64,000 nucleotides of DNA from Trypanosoma brucei (taxonomy: Eukaryota). Positions 9,445-19,273 of the stretch are shown piece by piece. Every line of letters starts with the position of its first letter. The first letter of the stretch is position 1. The translations under genes and the position numbers were made by a program. The notes under the pieces were generated by a model, which searched no databases, was not told the DNA's origin, and saw nothing but the letters and a program-made list of their open reading frames with translations. Location of the stretch: positions 2,304,001-2,368,000 of the forward strand of contig CP000071.1 in the NCBI GenBank assembly GCA_000002445.1. Reading direction: 5' to 3'.

Positions 9445-10200
9445 TTGGATAAGGTTCAATACATGATCTGTGCATGTTTCTTTTTCGATATTAGATTTTT
9501 TCGATAATATTCTTTTTAGGTTGTCTCTATTACTATGTGTGCTCAGCATCCTCCTCACATGTTGGGTGGTTTTATTATCCCTCTGATGAAAGAAATTTCT
9601 TGAAATGCTGTTGGCAATCTTTTATTTTAATACGTTTAGCGGTAAGCGCTTTTCGTTTTTCCTTTATTATGCGATACCGGAGCATGCATATCACTGCTGA
9701 TGCTCCGGCCCATAGTTTATGATATGTGTTCTTTTCCACCCCCGGTGAGTGGGTGTCAGGCAAAATGCACTGATATCCTCTTTTGGTGGGAATTTATAAG
9801 TTACCATGCTGGACAGTTGAGCCACCGTATTATTAACTTCTAATGTTGCTGTTGGTACAACATATCAGTGTCGTTCACTTTGATTTCCTTTACTATTATG
9901 TTGAAATGGTTTATTGTTTTTTTCTTTTTGTGTGCATATATCTGTATATGTGTTTCGATATACCGTCACCACTCTACCACGTTGATGGATTGGGGAATGG
10001 CTACTGATTGATTAATGCATGGTTTTTTGTCACTTTAATAACAACATTGTATTCCATGATGGCTTTCAGCAACTGACCCTTGTGTACAATTTCCTGTTTA
10101 TTTCCCTCTACTGACACAAATCTTTTTTACTAATATCTTTTCCTTCTTTTATCACTTTCCAGGACTTGACAAGCCAAATATGTGAGACTGGCTATTGCAT
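9445..10200. repeat. Intergenic 3'-flank element A, variant A2.
   Basis: It shares the conserved 3' ~450 bp (ccggtgagtgggtgtcaggcaaaatgcactgatatcc...gttgctgttggtacaacatatcag...ctttccaggacttgacaagccaaatatgtgag) with the other spacers. Its 5' ~300 bp differs from A1 and from the 14414 spacer. Confidence 0.7.
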
Positions 10201-10466
10201 TCGGAAGGACATTTACTACACTGCGACTTAACCATGAGGTTGCTGATGACGAAGATACGAGTGTTTCTTGCAGTGATGGGAGTTCCATTGGTGCAGTTCT
10301 CAGTGATGCCGCTTATCAGGCCGTTGCTTTTATTGAAGCACTACTTGGTGCATTCCCTACTGCGCAGCGTAAGAAATTACTTATGCCATTTTGTAACCGA
10401 TGGGGAGTTTCGGCGCCTCGTAATGTTTCTGATACGTGGGATGCAACCACGTGCCGTAATGTTACA
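10201..10466 (+). pseudogene. F fragment (orphan cyclase-tail remnant) upstream of copy 3.
   Basis: ORF 10182..10481 has the same translation as 5207..5506 with 2 substitutions. Confidence 0.75.
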
Positions 10467-10481
10467 GTCACTTGTGTGTAA

Positions 10482-10615
10482 TTGAATTTCAACTGCACTC
10501 TCTTCTGCTCCCTTTCGTGCCCTTACTTTATTGTTGTCTATTATCATTATTATTATTATTCTCTCATTTCTCTCCTTTAAGACTTACGAATTCCTCAAGT
10601 CAAGTCACCAGTGTT
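10482..10615 (+). promoter_or_regulatory. Polypyrimidine/AG putative trans-splice acceptor region and 5' UTR of copy 3.
   Basis: It is homologous to 5507..5640. Confidence 0.5.
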
Positions 10616-13600
10616 ATGGCTTCCTTCATGCGTCTTGTTACTCCACTTGGCGCTGCAGTGGCTTGCAGTCATCTCCTCATGGTTGTGTTACCGCTGCTGT
10701 TACTTATTCCTGGTTTATGTGCTGATAAAGACTGTAACAGTAGCAGTGTAACGGTGAGGGTGTATAATTTGTTGTACGGTTCCGACGTATCAAAAGCAAT
10801 CTATGAACCCGTCATTGCTGGTTTCAATGCCTCTATCGAAGCGCACAAAGGGGATTTACCGGCAAATGTGTGCATAGAGGTGAAATATGTGCATCACGAT
10901 GGCAATGTTATTGAGGTTGGGAATATAAATAGGATTGTTGAAGAAGACAAAGGAAATATGAATGAACTGCCCATTGTGCTGGGACCTTTTGGTGATTGGG
11001 AAACTCGTAATATTTCCTCGGAACTTGAAGAGTTGAAGGTAGTTGCCTTTTCTCCCTTTACTGGATCTTCGGATGTGCGTGTGTGGAAAAAGAATCTGTA
11101 CTTCCTTACGGCATCGCCTGTTGCACAGGTGCTTGCACTAATTCGTTATGCAGTGAGTCAATTGAGGCTTCAGCGACTGGGTTTTATGTACCTGAAGGGT
11201 GTGTTTTATGGCGATAAGGAGTATAAGCTGACACTTAAGGTAATGTCGATTATGGGCCGTAAATTGTGCGGTGTTTTCGAATTAGACAGCTCTACTGATG
11301 GAAGGGCTTCTGATGATGATTTTGAGGCTGCATGGAAAAGGTTTGCTCCCACGATGCCACAAGGTGTAATTGTGTTTGGTTCGCCAATTGAGGATACGAA
11401 GAGGTTCCTGTTGAAGTTTTTAGGGAGCAATGAATTGAGAGGTGCTTATATATTAATTCCTTCTATGCTTCAATATGTTATCAAAAACAGTTGGATGAAG
11501 AAGTTGGCCGTAAAGAATTTTGTGCCTGAGAGAGTGATACTGACGGGTCTGACTCCACTTGCAAATGATAATGAATACATAGCAGTACGGAAGTTTCAGA
11601 CTGATATGGAGAAGTACCTGGAAAAAAATGGGAAACTTAATGGTCACAATTATGAAAAGGGTCACTTTTATGATCACAGTACTGACGGAGAATTGATGGT
11701 GCACGGATGGATCACAGGCGAGGTCTTGTGGCGTACACTGGGAAGTCGTGAATTACTGTGCAACCGTACAGCTTACATGAACTCTCTGTACAACCAGCGT
11801 CGGTATGTTATCGATGATCTTGTGATTGGTGATTTTGGTGGTGAATGTGAGGGGAAGGCTGGTCAGCGTGGAGCTGCATGCAAATGTAATCAAGGTGGAA
11901 ATGTTGTTTACATGAAGAGGATGGGAACTGATCGGAATCTACATCCTGTGAAGGAGGGTGTAGTGACTCTCGCTTCATCACGCTGCTATACGAATCTCTT
12001 ACAACTGTATGCCCCATTGAATGGTATAATGTTTCGACTGGAAGACAATCCATTGGCGCAGCGGATTACAGAGGAATATCGCGATGGCGCCTCCCCCGTT
12101 GTTGGAAAGGGCCAATTGGGTCAAGGTGATCGCTTCTTTTTGCATGAACTGAATTCGACATCGAGTGCGACAAAGCACAACATGTTAGAGGAGGTTAAAG
12201 AGCGTGTTGTGACGGCCGTGTTCGGTGTTGTGGATGACGCGCTACTGTCGATGACAGATATGACATTTATTGATCCCATTCCTCTCAGTCCCAGGTTGAA
12301 ACACCCCGGAAGGAATGTGTTGCATTTGTCTCCAACAATTGAGCAGCAGATTTTTGTAATGGTGGAGCGTGTTGTGGTTCCGAATTCCTGGGGGAGTGTG
12401 CATGCCATTGTTCGCAGTAGTGATGCACGTGGAATAAAATCTGTTCTTCGAAAGACTTTTTGGGCACTTGGTGGGTCGCTGGGTGCTTTCGACGAAGTTA
12501 CCGACGGTGAAAGTGTGAAGAGTTTGTTACCGCATAGCGGTTTCGTTCTCGTTATTGGTCTAACTGAAGCTTATATTACTGCAATTGCTGAGCATCTTGA
12601 CAATCACAGGGAAGTGCGTGTATTTGTGTTATTCTTCGATGTGGCACTGCTGTACAGTGAGTTTGTGAAGGTATTCAAAAAGCATCCGCAAGCTGCCGAG
12701 CGGTTACTATTCGCAACAAGCCTACCACACTGGGCAGACAACAATACGACATCCGAGACGGTTCAGGAATTTCACAGGGACGTGGGGAATGAGAGTAAAT
12801 GGACTCCACTGGCGCTGCTTGGGTATGCGACTGCACGTGCAATGGAAAGTGTTGTGTTGCAAATGGGGCGTGTGAACTCAGAAGAGCTTATCAACACTAT
12901 ATTCAGTCAGTCTGTAATTGTAGCGGATGACATGTGGTATGGACCTTTTGAGGACAGTTGTTCCAATAGCCGCTGGTCATCAGCGAAAGACTGCATTGTG
13001 AATTACGGTGCGACACATATTTCCGTGTGGTCCATGGCTCGTGTGTTGAATCCTTCCGTACCTCCTGTTAGTGGAGTAGCAACACCATCAATACGTTACT
13101 ACAAAGATGGATTGAATATGACTGAGGAAGAATTTATTGGCACAATTGTGGGTACCATTTTGTGTTTGATAGCACTTGTGCTGATAGTAATGCTTATGCG
13201 GAAATGTATGCGTGGGGATACTCGCGATAACGAGAACGCACCAAGAGAATTGACAGACCCCGTAACGCTAATATTCACTGACATCGAGAGCAGCACTGCG
13301 CAGTGGGCAGCACACCCTGAGATTATGCCTGATGCCGTTGCAACACATCACCGCCTAATTCGCACATTGATTTCCAAGTATGGATGCTATGAAGTGAAGA
13401 CTGTTGGAGATTCTTTTATGATTGCATGCAAGAGCCCTTTCGCTGCTACGCAATTAGCGTGTGACCTGCAACGATGCTTTTTAGAACATGATTGGAAGAC
13501 TGATGTGTTTGATACGTCTTATCGTGAGTTTGAGCGGCAGCGTGCGGAAGATGATGGGGATTATGTTCCACCCACTGGCCATCTTGACCCTGATGTTTAC

Positions 13601-14413
13601 AGTCGGTTGTGGAATGGACTGCGAGTGCGTGTTGGAATTCACACCGGGTTGTGTGATATTCGGCATGATGAAGTGACGAAAGGATATGACTTTTACGGTC
13701 GTACATCGAATATGGCAGCACGGACTGAGAGCATTGCTAATGGCGGGCAGGTGCTGTTGACACGTTCGACATACCTTTCATTGAGTACTTCGGAGCGTGA
13801 GCAATTAAATGTGACTGCATTGGGTGATGTGCCATTGCGTGGTGTACCCAAACCTGTGGAGATGTACCAATTGAATGCGGTACCCGGAAGGACATTTACT
13901 ACACTGCGACTTGACCATGAGGTTGCTGATGACGAAGATACGAGTGTTTCTTGCAGTGATGGGAGTTCCATTGGTGCAGTTCTCAGTGATGCCGCTCATC
14001 AGGTTGTTGCTTTTATTGAAGCACTACTTGGTGCATTCCCTACTGCGCAGCGTAAGAAATTACTTATGCCATTTTGTAACCGATGGGGAGTTTCGTTACC
14101 TTATAATGTTTCTGATACGTGGGATGCAACCACGTGCCATAATGTTACTCGCCTGCTTGCCGCGAAGGTTGGTCGTGTTGTGGATTTTGGGACGAAGAAT
14201 ACTCATGACAGTGTACAATTCTCTGAAAGACGCTCGGGAACTTTCCCACCTGGATTGGTTGCCTCTGTTTCTGAGGAGGGTAGTTTAGCTTCAACTTCTA
14301 CCTGTATTCAATCCAGCTGCAGTGTTGTGTACATGATGAATGGGCCAGATGATGATGATACCAGCAAATATTCCCCTAGGCATTGCAATATGTGTCCATT
14401 ATTGCCAGAATAA
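10616..14413 (+). CDS. GRESAG4: Receptor-type adenylate cyclase, copy 3 (1265 aa). The N-terminal hypervariable patch is of the beta type (GSDVSKAIY...KYVHHDGNVIEVGNINRIVEEDKGNMNE...WETRNISSELEELKVVAF).
   Basis: ORF 10472..14413, with the first ATG at 10616. The cyclase motifs are intact. Confidence 0.9.
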   Translation: MASFMRLVTPLGAAVACSHLLMVVLPLLLLIPGLCADKDCNSSSVTVRVYNLLYGSDVSKAIYEPVIAGFNASIEAHKGDLPANVCIEVKYVHHDGNVIEVGNINRIVEEDKGNMNELPIVLGPFGDWETRNISSELEELKVVAFSPFTGSSDVRVWKKNLYFLTASPVAQVLALIRYAVSQLRLQRLGFMYLKGVFYGDKEYKLTLKVMSIMGRKLCGVFELDSSTDGRASDDDFEAAWKRFAPTMPQGVIVFGSPIEDTKRFLLKFLGSNELRGAYILIPSMLQYVIKNSWMKKLAVKNFVPERVILTGLTPLANDNEYIAVRKFQTDMEKYLEKNGKLNGHNYEKGHFYDHSTDGELMVHGWITGEVLWRTLGSRELLCNRTAYMNSLYNQRRYVIDDLVIGDFGGECEGKAGQRGAACKCNQGGNVVYMKRMGTDRNLHPVKEGVVTLASSRCYTNLLQLYAPLNGIMFRLEDNPLAQRITEEYRDGASPVVGKGQLGQGDRFFLHELNSTSSATKHNMLEEVKERVVTAVFGVVDDALLSMTDMTFIDPIPLSPRLKHPGRNVLHLSPTIEQQIFVMVERVVVPNSWGSVHAIVRSSDARGIKSVLRKTFWALGGSLGAFDEVTDGESVKSLLPHSGFVLVIGLTEAYITAIAEHLDNHREVRVFVLFFDVALLYSEFVKVFKKHPQAAERLLFATSLPHWADNNTTSETVQEFHRDVGNESKWTPLALLGYATARAMESVVLQMGRVNSEELINTIFSQSVIVADDMWYGPFEDSCSNSRWSSAKDCIVNYGATHISVWSMARVLNPSVPPVSGVATPSIRYYKDGLNMTEEEFIGTIVGTILCLIALVLIVMLMRKCMRGDTRDNENAPRELTDPVTLIFTDIESSTAQWAAHPEIMPDAVATHHRLIRTLISKYGCYEVKTVGDSFMIACKSPFAATQLACDLQRCFLEHDWKTDVFDTSYREFERQRAEDDGDYVPPTGHLDPDVYSRLWNGLRVRVGIHTGLCDIRHDEVTKGYDFYGRTSNMAARTESIANGGQVLLTRSTYLSLSTSEREQLNVTALGDVPLRGVPKPVEMYQLNAVPGRTFTTLRLDHEVADDEDTSVSCSDGSSIGAVLSDAAHQVVAFIEALLGAFPTAQRKKLLMPFCNRWGVSLPYNVSDTWDATTCHNVTRLLAAKVGRVVDFGTKNTHDSVQFSERRSGTFPPGLVASVSEEGSLASTSTCIQSSCSVVYMMNGPDDDDTSKYSPRHCNMCPLLPE

Positions 14414-15170
14414 TTGGATAAGGTTCAATACATGATCTGTGCATGTTTCTTTTTAGATATTGGATGTTTTCGATAATATTCTTTTTAGGTTATATTTTCC
14501 ACTTCTATGTATGCTCAGCATCCTCCTCACATGTTGGGTGGTTTTAAAATTTTTCCTTAATTGATTAATTTTTTTTAGGGACGTTATTGACCTCTAATAA
14601 TAATAAACTTAGTGTGTTTACTTGTTTTTAATCCTTTAAGATGTGGCACGGTAGCACTCATGTTACTACTGATGCTCCGGCCCATAGTTTATGATATGTG
14701 TTCTTTTCCACCCCCGGTGAGTGGGTGTCAGGCAAAATGCACTGATATCCTCTTTTGGTGGGAATTTATAAGTTACCATGCTGGACAGTTGAGCCACCGT
14801 ATTATTAACTTCTAACGTTGCTGTTGGTACAACATATCAGTGTTGTTCACTTTGCTTTCCTTTACTATTATATTGAAATGGTTTATTGTTTTTTTCTTTT
14901 TGTGCATATATATGTATATGTGTTTCGATATACCGTCACCACTCTACCACGTTGATGGATTGGGGAATGGCTACTGATTGATTAATGCATGGTTTTTTGT
15001 CACTTTAATAACAACATTGTATTCCATGATGGCTTTCAGCAACTGACCCTTGTGTGTAATTTCCTGTTTATTTCCCTCTACTGACACAAATCTTTTTTAC
15101 TAATATCTTTTCCTTCTTTTATCACTTTCCAGGACTTGACAAGCCAAATATGTGAGGCTGGCTATTGCAT
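14414..15170. repeat. Intergenic 3'-flank element A. The 5' part is a third variant and the 3' part is conserved.
   Basis: It aligns to 23069..23825 over its whole length, and to 9445..10200 only in the 3' two-thirds. Confidence 0.7.
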
Positions 15171-15436
15171 TCGGAAGGACATTTACTACACTGCGACTTA
15201 ACCATGAGGTTGCTGATGACGAAGATACGAGTGTTTCTTGCAGTGATGGGAGTTCCATTGGTGCAGTTCTCAGTGATGCCGCTTATCAGGCCGTTGCTTT
15301 TATTGAAGCACTACTTGGTGCATTCCCCACTGCGCAGCGTAAGAAATTATTTATGCCATTTTGTAACCGATGGGGAGTTTCGGCGCCTCGTAATGTTTCT
15401 GATACGTGGGATGCAACCACGTGCCATAATGTTACA
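15171..15436 (+). pseudogene. F fragment upstream of copy 4.
   Basis: ORF 15152..15451. Confidence 0.75.
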
Positions 15437-15451
15437 GTTACTTGTGTGTAA

Positions 15452-15585
15452 TTGAATTTCAACTGCACTCTCTTCTGCTCCCTTTCGTGCCCTTACAGTA
15501 TTGTTGTCTATTATCATTATTATCATTATTCTCTCATTTCTCTTCTTTAAGACTTACGAATTCCTCAAGTCAAGTCACCAGTGTT
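15452..15585 (+). promoter_or_regulatory. Polypyrimidine/AG putative trans-splice acceptor region of copy 4.
   Basis: It is homologous to 5507..5640. Confidence 0.5.
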
Positions 15586-18500
15586 ATGGCTTCCTTCATG
15601 CGTCTTGTTACTCCACTTGGCGCTGCAGTGGCTTGCAGTCATCTCCTCATGGTTGTGTTACCGCTGCTGTTACTTATTCCTGGTTTATGTGCTGAGGAGT
15701 GTAACAGCAGTGGTAAAGTGTCAGTGAAAGTGCACAGTTTGTTGTACAGCTCTAAGATATCAAGTAAAATCTATGAACCCGTCATTGCTGGTTTCAATGC
15801 CTCGCTACATGCGCATAATGATGATTTACCGGCAAATGTGTGCATAGAGGTCGAACATGTTCATGCCAGAAGTGATGAGGATTACGTCTCATATTTAAAG
15901 AATAAAATTGATGGAGACGCTGCTGTACAAAATAAGAGTGAACTGCCCATTGTGCTGGGACCTTTTGGTGATGAGACTACTCTCCATCTCACCAGGGAAC
16001 TTGAGAAGTTTGAAATAGTGGCCTTTTCTCCCTTTACTGGATCTTCGGATGTGCGTGTGTGGAAAAAGAATCTGTACTTCCTTACGGCATCGCCTGTTGC
16101 AGAGGTGCTTGCACTAATTCGTTATGCTGTGAGTCAATTGAGGCTTCAGCGACTGGGTTTTATGTACCTGAAGGGCGTTTCTTTCGGCGATAAGGAGTAT
16201 AAGCTGACACTTAAGGTAATGTCGATTATGGGCCGTAAATTGTGCGGTGTTTTCGAATTAGACAGCTCTACTGATGGAAGGGCTTCTGATGATGATTTTG
16301 AGGCTGCATGGAAAAGGTTTGCTCCCACGATGCCACAAGGTGTAATTGTGTTTGGTTCGCCAATTGAGGATACGAAGAGGTTCCTGATGAAGTTTTTAGG
16401 GAGCAATGAATTGAGAGGTGCTTATATATTAATTCTTTCTATGCTTCAATATGTTATCAAAAACAGTTGGATGAAGGAGTTGGCCGTAAAGAATTTTGTG
16501 CCTGAGAGAGTGATACTGACGGGTCCGAGTCCACTTGCAAATGATAATGAATACATAGCGGTACAGAAGTTTCAGCCTGATATGGAGAAGTACCTGGAAA
16601 AAAGTGGAAACTTAATGGTCACAATTATGAAAAGGGTCACTTTTACCAGCACAGTACTGACGGAGAATTGATGCTGCACGGATGGATCACAGGCGAGGTC
16701 TTGTGGCGTACACTGGGAAGTCGTGAATTACTGTGCAACCGTACAACTTACATGAACTCTCTGTACAACCAGCGTCGGTATGTTATCGATGGTCTTGTGA
16801 TTGGTGATTTTGGTGGTGAATGTGAGGGGAAGGCTGGTCAGCGTGGAGCTGCATGCAAATGTAATCAAGGTGGAAATGTTGTTTACATGAAGAGGATGGG
16901 AACTGATCGGAATCTACATCCTGTGAAGGAGGGTGTAGTGACTCTCGCTTCATCACGCTGCTATACGAATCTCTTACAACTGTATGCCCCATTGAATGGT
17001 ATAATGTTTCGACTGGAAGACAATCCATTGGCGCAGCGGATTACAGAGGAATATCGCGATGGCGCCTCCCTCGTTGTTGGAAAGGGCCAATTGGGTCAAG
17101 GTGATCGCTTCTTTTTGCATGAACTGAATTCGACATCGAGTGCGACAAAGCACAACATGTTAGAGGAGGTTAAAGAGCGTGTTGTGACGGCTGTGTTCGG
17201 TGTTGTGGATGACGCGCTACTGTCGATGACAGATATGACATTTATTGATCCCATTCCTCTCAGTCCCAGGTTGAAACACCCCGGAAGGAATGTGTTGCAT
17301 TTGTCTCCAACAATTGAACAGCAGATTTTTGTAATGGTGGAGCGTGTTGTGGTTCCGAATTCCTGGGGGAGTGTGCATGCCATTGTTCGCAGTAGTGATG
17401 CACGTGGAATAAAATCTGTTCTTCGAAAGACTTTTTGGTCACTTGGTGGGTCGCTGGGTGCTTTCGACGAAGTTACCGACGGTGAAAGTGTGAAGAGTTT
17501 GTTACCGCATAGCGGTTTCGTTCTCGTTATTGGTCTAACTGAAGCTGATATTACTGCAATTGCTGAGCATCTTGACAATCACAGGGAAGTGCGTGTATTT
17601 GTGTTATTCTTCGATGTGGCACTGCTGTACAGTGAGTTTGTGAAGGTATTCAAAAAGCATCCGCAAGCTGCCGAGCGGTTACTATTCGCAACAAGCCTAC
17701 CACACTGGGCAGACAACAATACGACATCCGAGACGGTTCAGGAATTTCACAGGGACGTGGGGATTCAGAGTAAATGGACTCCACTGGCGCTGCTTGGGTA
17801 TGCGACTGCACGTGCAATGGAAAGTGTTGTGTTGCAAATGGGGCGTGTGAACTCAGAAGAGCTTATCAACACTATATTCAGTCAGTCTGTAATTGTAGCG
17901 GATGACATGTGGTATGGACCCTTTGAGGACAGTTGTTCCAATAGCCGCTGGTCATCAGCGAAAGACTGCATTGTGAATTACGGTGCGACACATATTTCCG
18001 TGTGGTCCATGGCTCGTGTGTTGAATCCTTCCGTACCTCCTGTTAGTGGAGTAGCAACACCATCAATACGTTACTACAAAGATGGATTGAATATGACTGA
18101 GGAAGAATTTATTGGCACAATTGTGGGTACCATTTTTTGTTTGATAGCACTTGTGCTGATAGTAATGCTTATGCGGAAATGTATGCGTGGGGATACTCGC
18201 GATAACGAGAACGCACCAAAAGAATTGACAGACCCCGTAACGCTAATATTCACTGACATCGAGAGCAGCACTGCGCAGTGGGCAGCACACCCTGAGCTTA
18301 TGCCTGATGCCGTTGCAACACATCACCGCCTAATTCGCACATTGATTTCCAAGTATGGATGCTATGAAGTGAAGACTGTTGGAGATTCTTTTATGATTGC
18401 ATGCAAGAGCCCTTTCGCTGCTACGCAATTAGCGTGTGACCTGCAACGATGCTTTTTAGAACATGATTGGAAGACTGATGTGTTTGATACGTCTTATCGT

Positions 18501-19139
18501 GAGTTTGAGCGGCAGCGTGCGGAAGATGATGGGGATTATGTTCCACCCACTGGCCATCTTGACCCTGATGTTTACAGTCGGTTGTGGAATGGACTGCGAG
18601 TGCGTGTTGGAATCCACGCCGGGTTGTGTGATATTCGGCATGATGAAGTGACGAAAGGATATGACTTTTACGGTCGTACATCGAATATGGCAGCACGGAC
18701 TGAGAGCATTGCTAATGGCGGGCAGGTGCTGTTGACACGTTCGACATACCTTTCATTGAGTACTTCGGAGCGTGAGCAATTAAATGTGACTGCATTGGGT
18801 GATGTGCCATTGCGTGGTGTACCCAAACCTGTGGAGATGTACCAATTGAATGCGGTACCCGGAAGGACATTTACTACACTGCGACTTGACCATGAGGTTG
18901 CTGATGACGAAGATACGAGTGTTTCTTGCAGTGATGGGAGTTCCATTGGTGCAGTTCTCAGTGATGCCGCTCATCAGGTTGTTGCTTTTATTGAAGCACT
19001 ACTTGGTGCATTCCCCACTGCGCAGCGTAAGAAATTACTTATGCCATTTTGTAACCGATGGGGAGTTTCGGCACCTTATAATGTTTCTGATACGTGGGAT
19101 GCAACCACGTGCCATAATGTTACAGTCACTTGTGTGTAA
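15586..19139 (+). pseudogene. GRESAG4: Receptor-type adenylate cyclase copy 4, disrupted. A -1 frameshift lies in a homopolymer at ~16610-16616 (ggaaaaaagtggaaac, where the other copies read ggaaaaaaatgggaaac). The C-terminus is replaced by the F-type ending ...TTCHNVTVTCV*. The gene then runs directly into the next copy's splice region with no 3' flank.
   Basis: The ORF track splits the copy into 15442..16671 and 16668..19139 in different frames. The unit length here is 3688 bp, against ~4970 elsewhere. Confidence 0.8.
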
Positions 19140-19273
19140 TTGAATTTCAACTGCACTCTCTTCTGCTCCCTTTCGTGCCCTTACAGTATTGTTGTCTATT
19201 ATCATTATTATCATTATTCTCTCATTTCTCTTCTTTAAGACTTACGAATTCATCAAGTCAAGTCACCAGTGTT
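19140..19273 (+). promoter_or_regulatory. Polypyrimidine/AG putative trans-splice acceptor region of copy 5.
   Basis: It is homologous to 5507..5640 and immediately follows the F-type end of the pseudogene. Confidence 0.5.

Noticed and set aside
9677-9708. A perfect 9-bp inverted repeat (ccggagcat / atgctccgg) with a 14-nt loop in the spacer, also at 28269..28300.
   Set aside because: A 9-bp stem with a flexible loop is expected by chance a few times in 64 kb. Its recurrence is again due to the spacer repeat. The homologous site in the 14414 and 23069 spacers has a different left arm, so it is not conserved as a structure.
14612-14815. Small ORF (67-75 aa) inside the conserved spacer element, recurring at 23265..23468 and 28208..28435.
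   Set aside because: The conservation is explained by the spacer repeat. The start positions differ between copies and are partly non-ATG in the track. The sequence (…PPPVSGCQAKCTDILFWWEF…) has no recognisable features. It is more likely UTR sequence.
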